A stretch of 64,000 bases of DNA from Spongiibacteraceae bacterium (GTDB lineage Bacteria > Pseudomonadota > Gammaproteobacteria > Pseudomonadales > CAMLJR01): the NCBI GenBank assembly GCA_043786385.1, contig JAYVWC010000001.1:9250-73249 (forward strand), given 5' to 3'. Shown one piece after another: positions 32,464-42,086 of this stretch. The notes under the pieces were generated by a model. It saw only the letters and a program-made list of their open reading frames with translations. It was not told the DNA's origin and did no database searches. Each line of letters starts with the position of its first letter. The stretch's first letter is position 1. The position numbers and the translations under genes are program-made.

Positions 32464-33051
32464 ATGAGCAATGACGGCGTGAATACTGGCCGCCGACGCT
32501 TCCTTGCGGCCGCGACCACGGTAGTGGGTGCGGCGGGAGTCGTTGGAGTTGCAGTGCCGTTTGTAGGCTCTTGGAACCCAAGTGCCAAAGCAAAAGCGGC
32601 CGGTGCACCGGTTAAAGCCGATGTCGGCAAAATAGAACCCGGCCAAATGATCGTGGTCGAGTGGCGCGGCAAACCGGTATATATCGTGCGCCGCACCAAA
32701 GAAGCTTTAGCGTCGATTCCAAAGAACGATGCGGAGCTGAAAGATCCCAACTCGGAAAAATCTCTCCAACCCAAATATATCAAGGGCGAATTCCGCGCGA
32801 TCAAAGACGAATACTTGGTATTGCTCGGCGTGTGTACGCATTTGGGCTGTGCGCCAAAATATTTTCCCGAAGTTGGCTCGGTGACTCACGATTGGCTCGG
32901 CGGTTTTTTCTGCCCGTGTCACGGTTCCAAATTCGACTTATCCGGTCGCGTGTTCAAGGGGGTTCCTGCGCCCACTAACTTGGAAGTGCCGGCGTATCGT
33001 TATCTGAGTGATTCGGTGATCGAAATCGGCGTAGACCAGGAGAAAGTTTGA
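32464..33051 (+). CDS. petA: Ubiquinol-cytochrome c reductase Rieske iron-sulfur subunit
   Basis: 195 aa. It has a Tat-like N-terminus (RRRFL) and the Rieske boxes CTHLGC and CPCHGS. Confidence 0.95.
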   Translation: MSNDGVNTGRRRFLAAATTVVGAAGVVGVAVPFVGSWNPSAKAKAAGAPVKADVGKIEPGQMIVVEWRGKPVYIVRRTKEALASIPKNDAELKDPNSEKSLQPKYIKGEFRAIKDEYLVLLGVCTHLGCAPKYFPEVGSVTHDWLGGFFCPCHGSKFDLSGRVFKGVPAPTNLEVPAYRYLSDSVIEIGVDQEKV

Positions 33052-34340
33052 TGGCCAATATGCTTGTCGGTTTAAGAGATTGGGTGGATGAGCGTCTGCC
33101 GATCGTGCGCGCGTGGAATACCCATATGGGGCAGTACTACGCGCCGAAAAATTTTAACTTTTGGTATTTCTTCGGCGTATTGTCGTTGCTGGTGTTGGTC
33201 AATCAATTGCTGACCGGTATTTGGCTGACGATGAGTTTTACGCCAAGCTCCGAAGGTGCGTTTGCGTCGGTCGAATACATCATGCGCGATGTCGATTACG
33301 GTTGGATCATTCGCTACATGCACTCGACTGGCGCCTCGGCGTTTTTCGCGGTCGTGTATCTGCATATGTTTCGCGGCTTGCTATACGGCTCTTACAAAAA
33401 GCCGCGCGAATTGGTGTGGATTTTCGGCATGCTGATTTATTTGGCGCTGATGGCCGAAGGCTTCCTCGGTTATGTATTGCCGTGGGGGCAGATGTCGTAC
33501 TGGGGAGCACAGGTGATCGTGTCGTTGTTCGGTGCGATTCCAGTGGTCGGCGATGCATTGGTGCAATGGGTGCGCGGCGATTATCTAATCTCCGGCATCA
33601 CCTTGAACCGTTTCTTTGCGCTGCACGTTGTCGCGATACCGATTATTTTGTTGGCGTTGGTGCTGCTGCACATTCTCGCGCTACACGAAGTCGGCTCGAA
33701 TAATCCTGACGGCGTTGAAATCAAGAAAAATAAGGACGCCAACGGTATTCCGAAAGACGGTATCGCGTTCCACCCGTATTACACCGTGCACGATTTGCAA
33801 GCGATCGCCGTGTTTCTGTTCGTGTTCTGCACGATTCTGTTTTTCTTTCCGGAGATGGGCGGATACTTTCTCGAGCACGCGAATTTCGAACAGGCTAACG
33901 GTTTGAAAACGCCTGCGCACATCGCACCGGTTTGGTACTACACACCGTTTTACGCGATGTTGCGTGCGACCACGATCGAGTGGTTCGGCGGTTCGTCGAA
34001 ACTGTGGGGCTTTATCGTCATGGCGGGCGCGATTGCGATTATGTTCGTGCTGCCGTGGCTTGATCGCAGCCCGGTGAAATCGTGGCGGTATAAAGGTACG
34101 CCGACCAAAGTCGCATTGCTCTCTTTTGCGGTCGTATTTGTGGTGCTCGGCTATTTGGGTGCAATGCCGTTAGAGTTGCAATTGTTCGGCATTCGCGAAG
34201 GGGAATGGGCGCCGTATTTTGCAGCAAAAGCGTGGGCGCAATGGATGACGATCGCATATTTTGCATTCTTCCTGCTGATGCCGATTTATACCTCCATCGA
34301 AAAAACCAAGCCGGTTCCAGAACGGGTGACGATGCAATGA
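33048..34340 (+). CDS. petB: Cytochrome b (bc1 complex)
   Basis: 430 aa polytopic protein with the conserved ...IRYMHSTGASAFF... and PEWY-like VWYYTPFY motifs. Confidence 0.95.
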   Translation: MMANMLVGLRDWVDERLPIVRAWNTHMGQYYAPKNFNFWYFFGVLSLLVLVNQLLTGIWLTMSFTPSSEGAFASVEYIMRDVDYGWIIRYMHSTGASAFFAVVYLHMFRGLLYGSYKKPRELVWIFGMLIYLALMAEGFLGYVLPWGQMSYWGAQVIVSLFGAIPVVGDALVQWVRGDYLISGITLNRFFALHVVAIPIILLALVLLHILALHEVGSNNPDGVEIKKNKDANGIPKDGIAFHPYYTVHDLQAIAVFLFVFCTILFFFPEMGGYFLEHANFEQANGLKTPAHIAPVWYYTPFYAMLRATTIEWFGGSSKLWGFIVMAGAIAIMFVLPWLDRSPVKSWRYKGTPTKVALLSFAVVFVVLGYLGAMPLELQLFGIREGEWAPYFAAKAWAQWMTIAYFAFFLLMPIYTSIEKTKPVPERVTMQ

Positions 34341-35137
34341 AAAAACAATTACTCGCTGTCGTTTTTGCGTTGGTACCGCTGCTGGCCGTTGCTTCGGAAG
34401 AAGGCGGTTGGCCGATCGATCACGTGAAAATGGATCCGACCGACAAGGCGTCGCTGCAGCAGGGCGCGCAATTGTTTATGAACTATTGCATGGGTTGCCA
34501 CTCGCTACAATACGAGCGCTACAACCGTCTCGTGACCGGTTTGGGTATTCCCGAAGATCTGGTCATGCAAAGTTTGAAATTTGATGGCAGCGCTAAAATC
34601 GGCGATTTGATGGTGAATTCGATGCCGACCAAGCAGGCTAAAGAGTGGTTTGGTGCGCCGCCGCCGGATTTAACGTTGGTGACGCGCGCGCGCGGTGCCG
34701 ACTGGGTGTACACGTATTTGCGCACGTTCTATCACGATCCGGCGCGGCCGTGGGGCGTCAACAATAAAGTGTTTCCCGATGTCGGCATGCCGCACATGCT
34801 GCTTGGATTGCAGGGTATGCAGGAATGCGCACCGGGGCCGGAGTTGGCAGAGAACGGTGGCATTCTGCGCGATCCTATGACCCGCAAGGAAGTATTGTTC
34901 GGCGAGGATGGCAAAGCGCTGCATCCGTGCGGTCGTCTAAAGGTGACCGAGCCGGGTACGTTGACGCCGGAGGAATACGATCAGGCGATGTACAACTTGG
35001 TCAACTTCCTCAATTACATGGCCGAGCCGATGCAGGAAACGCGTCGTCGCACCGGTATCTACGTTTTGTTTTTCATCGCAATATTTTTCGTCTTTGCTTG
35101 GCTGCTTAATCGCGAGTATTGGAAAGACGTACACTGA
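34337..35137 (+). CDS. petC: Cytochrome c1
   Basis: Within ORF 34205..35137. ATG 34337 overlaps the petB stop (ATGA). It has a signal peptide (MKKQLLAVVFALVPLLAVA), the heme motif CMGCHS and a C-terminal TM anchor. Confidence 0.92.
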   Translation: MKKQLLAVVFALVPLLAVASEEGGWPIDHVKMDPTDKASLQQGAQLFMNYCMGCHSLQYERYNRLVTGLGIPEDLVMQSLKFDGSAKIGDLMVNSMPTKQAKEWFGAPPPDLTLVTRARGADWVYTYLRTFYHDPARPWGVNNKVFPDVGMPHMLLGLQGMQECAPGPELAENGGILRDPMTRKEVLFGEDGKALHPCGRLKVTEPGTLTPEEYDQAMYNLVNFLNYMAEPMQETRRRTGIYVLFFIAIFFVFAWLLNREYWKDVH

Positions 35138-35286
35138 CCGGCATCGTTCGCGGCATTAGCAGTTCAATAGTCAGTTAGCATTAATCAGAGTCGTAGCGCG
35201 GGAATGCCTTTGGGTGCTCCCGCTGTTGCATTTGCAAGGCGCATATTTTAAGCGCCTGCTTCGTGTGAGTTTCCGGGAGGATGATC

Positions 35287-35931
35287 ATGGGTGTAGTTGC
35301 CAGACGGTCTTCCATGGCTTTTTTTTCTGGCGTGGCCTGCCATTACAGTCATCGTGTGCGCATTGTGCTCGCCGAAAAAGGTGTGCCGATGGAGTTGATT
35401 CATGTCGACGAGCAGCACAGTCCGCAGGAACTCGCCGATCTCAATCCCTACAATAGCGCGCCGACGTTAGCGGATCGCGATCTCACACTCTATGAATCGA
35501 AAATTATCATGGAGTATTTGGACGAGCGTTTTCCGCATCCGCCGTTGCTGCCAGTGTATCCGGTGGCGCGCGCCGAGAGTCGGCAATTGCTGTATCGCAT
35601 CGAGCGCGATTGGTGTCCGGCCGTCGATACCTTATCGAATGGTGCCGCAGCTAAAGTCGCTGAACCGTTGCGCCGCAATTTACGCGATAGTTTTTTGGGG
35701 ATTGCGCCGATTTTTATCGAAAAACCTTTTTTTATGAGCGAAGAGTTTTCGCTGGTTGATTGTTGTATGGCGCCGATTCTGTGGCGCTTGCCCTTTCTGG
35801 GCATCGAGCTGCCGGATACCAAGCAATCGCGGCCGCTACTGAGTTACATGGAGCGGTTGTTTGCGCGTGCCTCGTTTAAAGCCAGTTTAACGGCACATGA
35901 GCGCGATATGGTTAACGCGCGCGCTGCCTGA
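35287..35931 (+). CDS. sspA: Stringent starvation protein A (GST-like)
   Basis: Within ORF 35281..35931. GGAGG is followed after 6 nt by ATG 35287 ([15 protein letters not shown]...), which resembles the E. coli SspA N-terminus. Confidence 0.93.
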   Translation: MGVVARRSSMAFFSGVACHYSHRVRIVLAEKGVPMELIHVDEQHSPQELADLNPYNSAPTLADRDLTLYESKIIMEYLDERFPHPPLLPVYPVARAESRQLLYRIERDWCPAVDTLSNGAAAKVAEPLRRNLRDSFLGIAPIFIEKPFFMSEEFSLVDCCMAPILWRLPFLGIELPDTKQSRPLLSYMERLFARASFKASLTAHERDMVNARAA

Positions 35932-35946
35932 TTTCAAATTGCATCG

Positions 35947-36357
35947 ATGACTATGAACTCCAGCCGCCCCTATTTACTGCGCGCCTTATACGAATGGATC
36001 GTCGATAACGGTTGCACGCCGTACGTGGTAATCAACGCGCTGCGCGAGGATGTACAAATACCGCGCGCTTACGTCAAAGACGGCCAAATCGTGTTGAATA
36101 TTTCGCCGAGCGCAGTGGTCGGCTTGAAATTAGAAAACGATGGCTTGATGTTTAACGCGCGCTTTACCGGTGTACCGATGGAAGTGTATGCACCGATCGC
36201 CGCCGTGTTAGGAATTTACGCGCGCGAAAATGGCCAGGGTATGATTTTCGAAGTCGAGGAGGGGCCCACCGATCAACCGCCGAGCGGCGGCGCACGTGCG
36301 CCGATTCCTAGTCCCGCCGAAAAACCGAAACGTCCCGGATTGAAAGTAGTTAAATAA
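35947..36357 (+). CDS. sspB: ClpXP adaptor stringent starvation protein B
   Basis: 136 aa. Contains SRPYLLRALYEWIVDNGCTPYVVI and the C-terminal ClpX-binding tail ...RPGLKVVK. Confidence 0.93.
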   Translation: MTMNSSRPYLLRALYEWIVDNGCTPYVVINALREDVQIPRAYVKDGQIVLNISPSAVVGLKLENDGLMFNARFTGVPMEVYAPIAAVLGIYARENGQGMIFEVEEGPTDQPPSGGARAPIPSPAEKPKRPGLKVVK

Positions 36358-36397
36358 AAAATCGGCAATCATCGCGCGCAACGTAATCGTTAAGTTT

Positions 36398-37012
36398 TCA
36401 GCCGTCGACGTATTCGAACAGCAACACCACTTTTTGCACGCCGGCGGTTTCCTGCGCAACACCCGATGCAATTGTCGCTTCGGCGTGCGTGACTAAGCCC
36501 AATAAAAACACCACGCCGTTTTCGGTGACGACGCGGACCCGGCTATCTTTGATATTTTTCGCTGCGAGCAATTTGCTTTTGATTTTGGTGGTGATCAATG
36601 CATCGCTCGAACCGGCAGCAAAGCCGGCGTTGGCACCGACCACCAATTCGTTGCGCACCACGCGCACATTTTTAACCGCAGCGGCAACTTGTGCCGCGCG
36701 CGTGCGCAATTCGGAATTCGGAACTTGGCCGGCCAGTAGCACCACGCCGTTGTAGCTAACGACGACGACATGCGCGCTATCCAGCGCCGAATCAGTTTTA
36801 CGAATATTCACCGTCGCCGTGGTTTCGATCGTTTGATCGTCGATCGCGGCACCGAAGCTGCGCGACCCCGGATCGCTCTCAAGCGGCTTGTCGGTAGTTT
36901 CGGAAATAACGCTGGTGCAGCCACTGATGCCGATTGCGGTTGCTAAAAGAGCAATGTTTAAACATTGTTGTAAATGAACTCCGCGTTGTGCTGATTTGGA
37001 TTCGCGCTGCAC
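36398..37012 (-). CDS. dolP: BON-domain outer-membrane lipoprotein DolP (YraP)
   Basis: Within ORF 36398..37069. It has a lipobox (LLATAIGISGC) and two BON domains. It is the last gene of the lpoA-yraN-diaA-dolP arrangement. The GTG start at 37012 is inferred and uncertain. Confidence 0.8.
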   Translation of the reverse strand: MQRESKSAQRGVHLQQCLNIALLATAIGISGCTSVISETTDKPLESDPGSRSFGAAIDDQTIETTATVNIRKTDSALDSAHVVVVSYNGVVLLAGQVPNSELRTRAAQVAAAVKNVRVVRNELVVGANAGFAAGSSDALITTKIKSKLLAAKNIKDSRVRVVTENGVVFLLGLVTHAEATIASGVAQETAGVQKVVLLFEYVDG

Positions 37013-37052
37013 GGATAAATCAATTTTCACATTCCACTTCGCTGTCGGCACA

Positions 37053-37646
37053 TTACACCTCGTTGCCAAATAGTTGTAGCTCGATAAGTTCGCATAAATT
37101 GTGCACTGCTAATAAAGCGATTTCCATAAAGCATGCGCGCTGGCTGGCGCCGATGCGCAGTTCGCAATCGTCCGGCGATAGTAACGCGCGAATATCGCCA
37201 TCGTCGTCGCGACAGATAACCACCACAGGAATATTGCGATCGTGAGCCGATTGAATGGTTTGTAGCGCGGCGCCACTGCCAGTCTCGTGACTGATTAAGA
37301 CGAGTATATCCTGCGCTGTTGCCAGCGTACGAATTTGCTTGGCGAAGATTTCGCTAAACGATGAATCGGTAGTGATTGCGGTCAGCAGCGCGGCGTCGCT
37401 ACTCAAGGCGATCGCGGGCAGGCCGGGCCGTTCGCGCTGTGAGCGATTGAGTAATAAACTGGCAAGGTGTTGGCTCAAAAGTCCTGAGCTACCTTCGCCG
37501 CAGCAAAAAATTTTGCCGTCGTTCAATAGCGCCTGCACCAGCAGCTCGCTCGCCGCAGCGATGGCAGGGCTCAGCGTTTCGATCGCCTGCATCGTGCTGT
37601 CGATGTGGCGGTGAAAATTATCGACCACGTGTTCGGTTAAATCCAT
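37053..37646 (-). CDS. diaA: SIS-domain protein DiaA/GmhA-like (phosphoheptose isomerase family)
   Basis: Within ORF 37053..37787. From Met 37646 it is 197 aa, with the SIS motif KIFCCGEGSSGLLSQHLA. Its position between yraN and dolP matches E. coli diaA. Confidence 0.82.
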   Translation of the reverse strand: MDLTEHVVDNFHRHIDSTMQAIETLSPAIAAASELLVQALLNDGKIFCCGEGSSGLLSQHLASLLLNRSQRERPGLPAIALSSDAALLTAITTDSSFSEIFAKQIRTLATAQDILVLISHETGSGAALQTIQSAHDRNIPVVVICRDDDGDIRALLSPDDCELRIGASQRACFMEIALLAVHNLCELIELQLFGNEV

Positions 37647-37710
37647 AGCTATTCTCGCTGCTGCGATTGCAGTTAATTGTGTATTCGTTGTGTGGTTTTT
37701 TAAAGCCGAG

Positions 37711-38082
37711 TTATTCACCGCTGAAGGCATCGCGCAGCCATTGCCATTCAATGTCGTCGGTCGCTTTGCTGCCGCCGAGCACGTCAAATCGGCACGCGTA
37801 ATTGCGCCACTGCGGATGTGCGGCGATAAACCACTGCGCGGCGCGCACGACGCGTTGCTGTTTGCTGCGCGTAACCGATTCCACCGCGCTGCCGAAGTAA
37901 TCGTGTTGTCGATAGCGCACTTCGATAAATACTAATTGCGCGCCATCGCGCATAATCAAATCGATTTCGCCCGCTTTGCAGCGAAAGTTTTTTGCCACAT
38001 AAAGTAGCCCTTGCTGACTCAGCCAACGCTCCGCCGCGGCTTCCACCGCTGCGCCACGGGTCTGACTAAAGCTATTCACCAC
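37711..38082 (-). CDS. yraN: YraN-family (UPF0102) endonuclease-like protein
   Basis: Within ORF 37711..38151. The conserved core is ...GEIDLIMRDGAQLVFIEVRYR...SVTRSKQQR...RFDV.... The proposed start is GTG 38082, which overlaps the lpoA stop. The exact start is uncertain. Confidence 0.8.
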   Translation of the reverse strand: MVNSFSQTRGAAVEAAAERWLSQQGLLYVAKNFRCKAGEIDLIMRDGAQLVFIEVRYRQHDYFGSAVESVTRSKQQRVVRAAQWFIAAHPQWRNYACRFDVLGGSKATDDIEWQWLRDAFSGE

Positions 38083-40012
38083 TTTCCGGCGTGCTCGGTA
38101 GCGCAGCGTCTGGCGGAGCAGTACTGGTCTGTACAGTATCGGCATGTGCATCGTGCGCCAGTGTTGTCGCCGCTTCTAAATTGCCGCCGCGCAGCACCGC
38201 GAGCAGCGACGTGCGCTGAATAATGTTTTCGCTGGTCATGGTCAGTTGGCCGGTCTGCCCGTACATCGGGTTGCTGCTGAGGCTGTCGCGCGCGATCAGT
38301 CGCGGGATTAAATTAAAACTATCGATGCCCATCGCGTACAGTCGCAAATAATTTTTACTCTGCGGCTGCGCATTGATAATTTCCTGCTTCAGCAGCGACG
38401 TCTGCAGAATAAACGGCATTTCGGTAAAACGTATTTTATCGAGATCGCGATCGAGACTCGGAATTGGATAACCGCTATAAATACGCGATGTCGAATACAC
38501 GGTGAGATCGCCCGCGTAATAGAAATCGAGCAATGGTTTTATCACGCGCGCCTGTGCGGGTTTGGCCAAAATAAACACCATGTCGATATCCTGGCGTCGA
38601 TGCGGCGTAAATTCGATGTTGCGGTTAATAATGCTTTCCAGCTCTTTGGCGCGCGCTTCGCTGCGCGGAATATTCAGCGCGGTGCGAATCGCTTGCGACA
38701 TATTTTGCTGATCGCGATATTCGGCGACTGCGCTAACGGTGCCGCCTTGTTGCTGCCAGCGCTGCTCGAACAGTTGTAATTCGCGCGAGCGTGTCTCGTC
38801 TTCCGGGACGATGATCAGTGCCGAACGGTGTTTTTCGAGCGCGGCAATGTCAGCGATTTGTGCGGTTTCATCCTCGGCGGCAAGGCCAAATTGATACAGG
38901 TTTGGTGTTGCCTGGCTACCGCTGTCGGTGCGGTTCAGCGCCAGCGTTGGCACTGCGAGCGGTTGTTGATGGAGTTGCGCGACGTGTTGTTTTTCGAGCG
39001 GGCCGACGACGGCGTTGGCGCCATCGCTAAGCGCCTGCTGATAGAGTTGTGCAATATTCGCATTGCCTTCGGTATCGTAAAACTTTACCAGCGGTGGATT
39101 GCCGCCATGTTGCTGGCTGTCGTACCAGGCGGCCATAAAGCCATCGCGCAACGCGCTGCCAAATGCCGCAAGTTTGCCGCTAAGCGGCAACAGCAATGCA
39201 ATTTGTTTGGGTTGTGGTAACTGCGCAGCGGCTGTGAAATTGGTTCGCGCCTGAGGTGTGTCGTTAGGTAGCGGAGGGGTGGCAGGCGGTGCGGACGCTG
39301 GCCGCGAGCGATCCGATTGTTGCGGTGTCGCATTGCGGGCGGCTATTGCGAGATCCAGCCAGCCGCGCATTTGCTCGTTGTTTGGTTTGCTGCGTAACTG
39401 CTCCAGTTCAGTGGCAGAAATTGCCGATAGCGCGCGCTGAATATTTTTATGGTTTTGCTCGCGCTCTTGGCCGCTTAGTAGCGGATCGATAAATACCAGC
39501 TCCTGCGCACTGGCAAAATAATTGTGTGTTTCGGTCTGTGCCTGCGCGCGCAGTAAGCTCACGTCAATTTGCGCGCGCGATGACAGCAGCGCCAGGTCTT
39601 GCGTTAGCTGTTTATCTTGTAGCGTGGTTAATGCCTGTGCAGGTTGGCCGCGTTTTAATTGCAGGCGCGCGAGCAATACTTTGTTACGCACGCGTTCGTT
39701 GCTGGTGAGTTTTAGCGAGTTGAGTTCTTGTAAAATCGTCGCGGTTTGATCGGGATTGTTTTGCGTCAGCGATAGCGCGGCGGCATCAAGTAGATATGGC
39801 GCGCGCGCTTCGAGCGCGCTGCTGTGCGCGGTATCGAGCAATTGCTTAATCGAGGCGCTTTTGCCGGTCGATGCAGCGGGTGCCTTCGTGGTCGGTGCCT
39901 CGCTGGCGCAGCCGAGAAGTAGGGTGGCGAGTAGCAGACCGCAGCAGCGCCACGCGTTATGATGACGCAGTTGAGTGGAGGCTTGCGCGCCATCAACTTT
40001 ATTGCGTTGCAC
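38072..40012 (-). CDS. lpoA: Penicillin-binding protein activator LpoA
   Basis: Within ORF 38072..40312. GTG 40012 gives a lipoprotein signal (...CCGLLLATLLLGCAS), a TPR-like N-domain, a Pro-rich linker and a periplasmic-binding-protein-like C-domain (IALLLPLSGKLA...). It is divergent from rsmI, as in E. coli. Confidence 0.85.
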   Translation of the reverse strand: MQRNKVDGAQASTQLRHHNAWRCCGLLLATLLLGCASEAPTTKAPAASTGKSASIKQLLDTAHSSALEARAPYLLDAAALSLTQNNPDQTATILQELNSLKLTSNERVRNKVLLARLQLKRGQPAQALTTLQDKQLTQDLALLSSRAQIDVSLLRAQAQTETHNYFASAQELVFIDPLLSGQEREQNHKNIQRALSAISATELEQLRSKPNNEQMRGWLDLAIAARNATPQQSDRSRPASAPPATPPLPNDTPQARTNFTAAAQLPQPKQIALLLPLSGKLAAFGSALRDGFMAAWYDSQQHGGNPPLVKFYDTEGNANIAQLYQQALSDGANAVVGPLEKQHVAQLHQQPLAVPTLALNRTDSGSQATPNLYQFGLAAEDETAQIADIAALEKHRSALIIVPEDETRSRELQLFEQRWQQQGGTVSAVAEYRDQQNMSQAIRTALNIPRSEARAKELESIINRNIEFTPHRRQDIDMVFILAKPAQARVIKPLLDFYYAGDLTVYSTSRIYSGYPIPSLDRDLDKIRFTEMPFILQTSLLKQEIINAQPQSKNYLRLYAMGIDSFNLIPRLIARDSLSSNPMYGQTGQLTMTSENIIQRTSLLAVLRGGNLEAATTLAHDAHADTVQTSTAPPDAALPSTPESGE

Positions 40013-40068
40013 CGTATGCGTTTTTGTCAGCGGCGACCACGTTACATTGATTTTCACGGAGTTAACCC

Positions 40069-40908
40069 TTGGTAAGCGACGCCATTTTATATGTGGTAGC
40101 GACGCCGATCGGCAATTTGAGCGATATGGTACCGCGCGCAGTGAATATCCTCCAATCGGTCGATCTGATCGCTGCCGAGGATACGCGTCACAGTCGGCGT
40201 TTGCTCGATCATTTTGATATTCGCACGCGCTGCGTCGCTTATCACGATCACAGCAGTCCGGCCGAATTAAGCGCGTTGCTAGAGAGCTTGCGCGCTGGCC
40301 GCAGCATCGCATTGATTTCCGATGCTGGCACGCCGCTGGTTTCCGATCCCGGTTATCGGTTGGTCGATGCAGCGTTGAGTGCTGGTATTAAGGTGGTGCC
40401 AATTCCGGGGCCTTGTGCAGTTATTGCGGCGCTTAGCGCGGCGGGGTTGCCGACCGATCGGTTTGTGTTCGAGGGGTTTCTGCCGGCGAAAATGCAAGCC
40501 CGTCGTCAGCGTTTGGAGTTGTTGCTGCGCGAACCGCGCACGCTGGTATTTTACGAGGCGCCGCATCGTCTGCTCGAAACATTGAGCGATATGGCGGCGG
40601 TGTTTGGCGCGACGCGCGTTGCAGTGTTGGCGCGCGAACTAACGAAATTGCACGAAACGATTTATCGCGCACCGCTCGGCGAGTTGCTGACTTGGGCCAC
40701 CGACACTAATCAAAGTCGCGGCGAATGCGTGTTGTTGCTGCAAGGCGATACCATATTGGCCGCGATGGATGCTAACAGCGAGCGGGTGTTGCGACTATTG
40801 TTGGAGGAATTACCGCTCAAGCAAGCCGCCGCGTTGGCGGCCAAAATTACCGATCAAAAGAAGAACGATTTGTACCAGCTGGCATTATCGTGGCAGAAGC
40901 CGACATGA
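40069..40908 (+). CDS. rsmI: 16S rRNA (cytidine1402-2'-O)-methyltransferase
   Basis: 279 aa with a TTG start 8 nt after GGAG. Contains LYVVATPIGNLSD and ...AISDAGTPLVSDPG... motifs. Confidence 0.92.
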   Translation: MVSDAILYVVATPIGNLSDMVPRAVNILQSVDLIAAEDTRHSRRLLDHFDIRTRCVAYHDHSSPAELSALLESLRAGRSIALISDAGTPLVSDPGYRLVDAALSAGIKVVPIPGPCAVIAALSAAGLPTDRFVFEGFLPAKMQARRQRLELLLREPRTLVFYEAPHRLLETLSDMAAVFGATRVAVLARELTKLHETIYRAPLGELLTWATDTNQSRGECVLLLQGDTILAAMDANSERVLRLLLEELPLKQAAALAAKITDQKKNDLYQLALSWQKPT

Positions 40909-40948
40909 TCGGCTTGAGTTACGTGGCTTAAACCGTTAGTCTGCGCCC

Positions 40949-41331
<383 letters not shown>

Positions 41332-41544
41332 TTTTCCCACTTGTAGTTTTGCTCGTAAATTTCTGGTTGTAACCCCGCAAAAATTGGCGATTCGCCCTCC
41401 AACTTAATGTTCAACATTAGGTTGTTTTTCTATTGCTTTGTTTCTGTTGGTTTTGGGCTGTTGGCGGCCAATTCTTTGTCGGCAGAAGCCGACAAGATCG
41501 CGCACGTTTGCAGAATATTCCCTATTAATAGCGCCGTAACAGGC

Positions 41545-41574
41545 TTGACAAGTTTCTTGCACACTACCTATAGT
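41545..41574 (+). promoter_or_regulatory. Sigma-70 promoter of the dcw cluster (Pmra-like)
   Basis: TTGACA (41545-41550), an 18 nt spacer, then TATAGT (41569-41574), about 70 nt upstream of the mraZ ATG. Confidence 0.7.
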
Positions 41575-41582
41575 GCGTCCAG

Positions 41583-41616
41583 GTGGGAGGAAGTGGTTTT
41601 AAGTGGATTTTTGTGG
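41583..41616 (+). promoter_or_regulatory. Putative MraZ operator: four direct GTGG(G/T/A) boxes with exact 10-bp phasing
   Basis: GTGGGA, GTGGTT, GTGGAT and GTGGTT start at 41583, 41593, 41603 and 41613, just downstream of the -10 element. This matches the direct-repeat TGGGN-type MraZ binding architecture described for E. coli. Confidence 0.7.
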
Positions 41617-41642
41617 TTTAAACGGTAAGTTGAGTAGGCATT

Positions 41643-42086
41643 ATGTACCTCGGTAATCACGCCATTGCGATGGACGCCAAGGGTCGGCTGGCAATTCCGG
41701 CGCGTGTACGCGACGAATTGACGGCTAACTGTGGCGGTCAATTGGTGGTTACCGCGCATCACGAAGAACCTTGTCTACTGGTTTACCCCGAGCCGCAGTG
41801 GCAACAATTGTTGCCGCAAATCGAAGCACTACCCAATATCAACAAACGTGCGCGGCAGATTCAGCGCGCCTTGCTGGGCTATGCAACACACGTCGAAATG
41901 GATGGCAACGGCCGCATTTTATTGTCGCCGACGCTGCGCAACTATGCCGGCTTAGAGAAAGAATTGATGCTGGTCGGCCAGGGGCGAAAGTTAGAGATTT
42001 GGAACGAGGCGCGCTGGTATAGCTGGATGGACGAGGCGCGCGAAGCAGGCGAGTTGCCGCAAGAGGCGCTGGCGCTAAACATTTAA
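41643..42086 (+). CDS. mraZ: Transcriptional regulator MraZ
   Basis: 147 aa. It contains the duplicated SpoVT/AbrB-like motifs DAKGRLAIPARVRD and DGNGRILLSPTLRN. Confidence 0.95.
   Translation: MYLGNHAIAMDAKGRLAIPARVRDELTANCGGQLVVTAHHEEPCLLVYPEPQWQQLLPQIEALPNINKRARQIQRALLGYATHVEMDGNGRILLSPTLRNYAGLEKELMLVGQGRKLEIWNEARWYSWMDEAREAGELPQEALALNI

Noticed and set aside
41476-41495. Hairpin TTGTCGGC-AGAA-GCCGACAA downstream of rnpB, considered as an rnpB terminator.
   Set aside because: No T-run follows it, and it lies about 145 nt past the mature 3' end. It may still be a processing or termination element, but the sequence alone does not support a call.
41407-41628. 73-aa ORF in the rnpB-mraZ spacer with a signal-peptide-like N-terminus (LFFYCFVSVGFGLLAANSLSA/EA).
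   Set aside because: It has no Shine-Dalgarno sequence. The hydrophobic stretch comes from a T/G-rich tract. The ORF runs straight through the TTGACA/TATAGT promoter and the GTGG operator boxes, which explain the sequence better.
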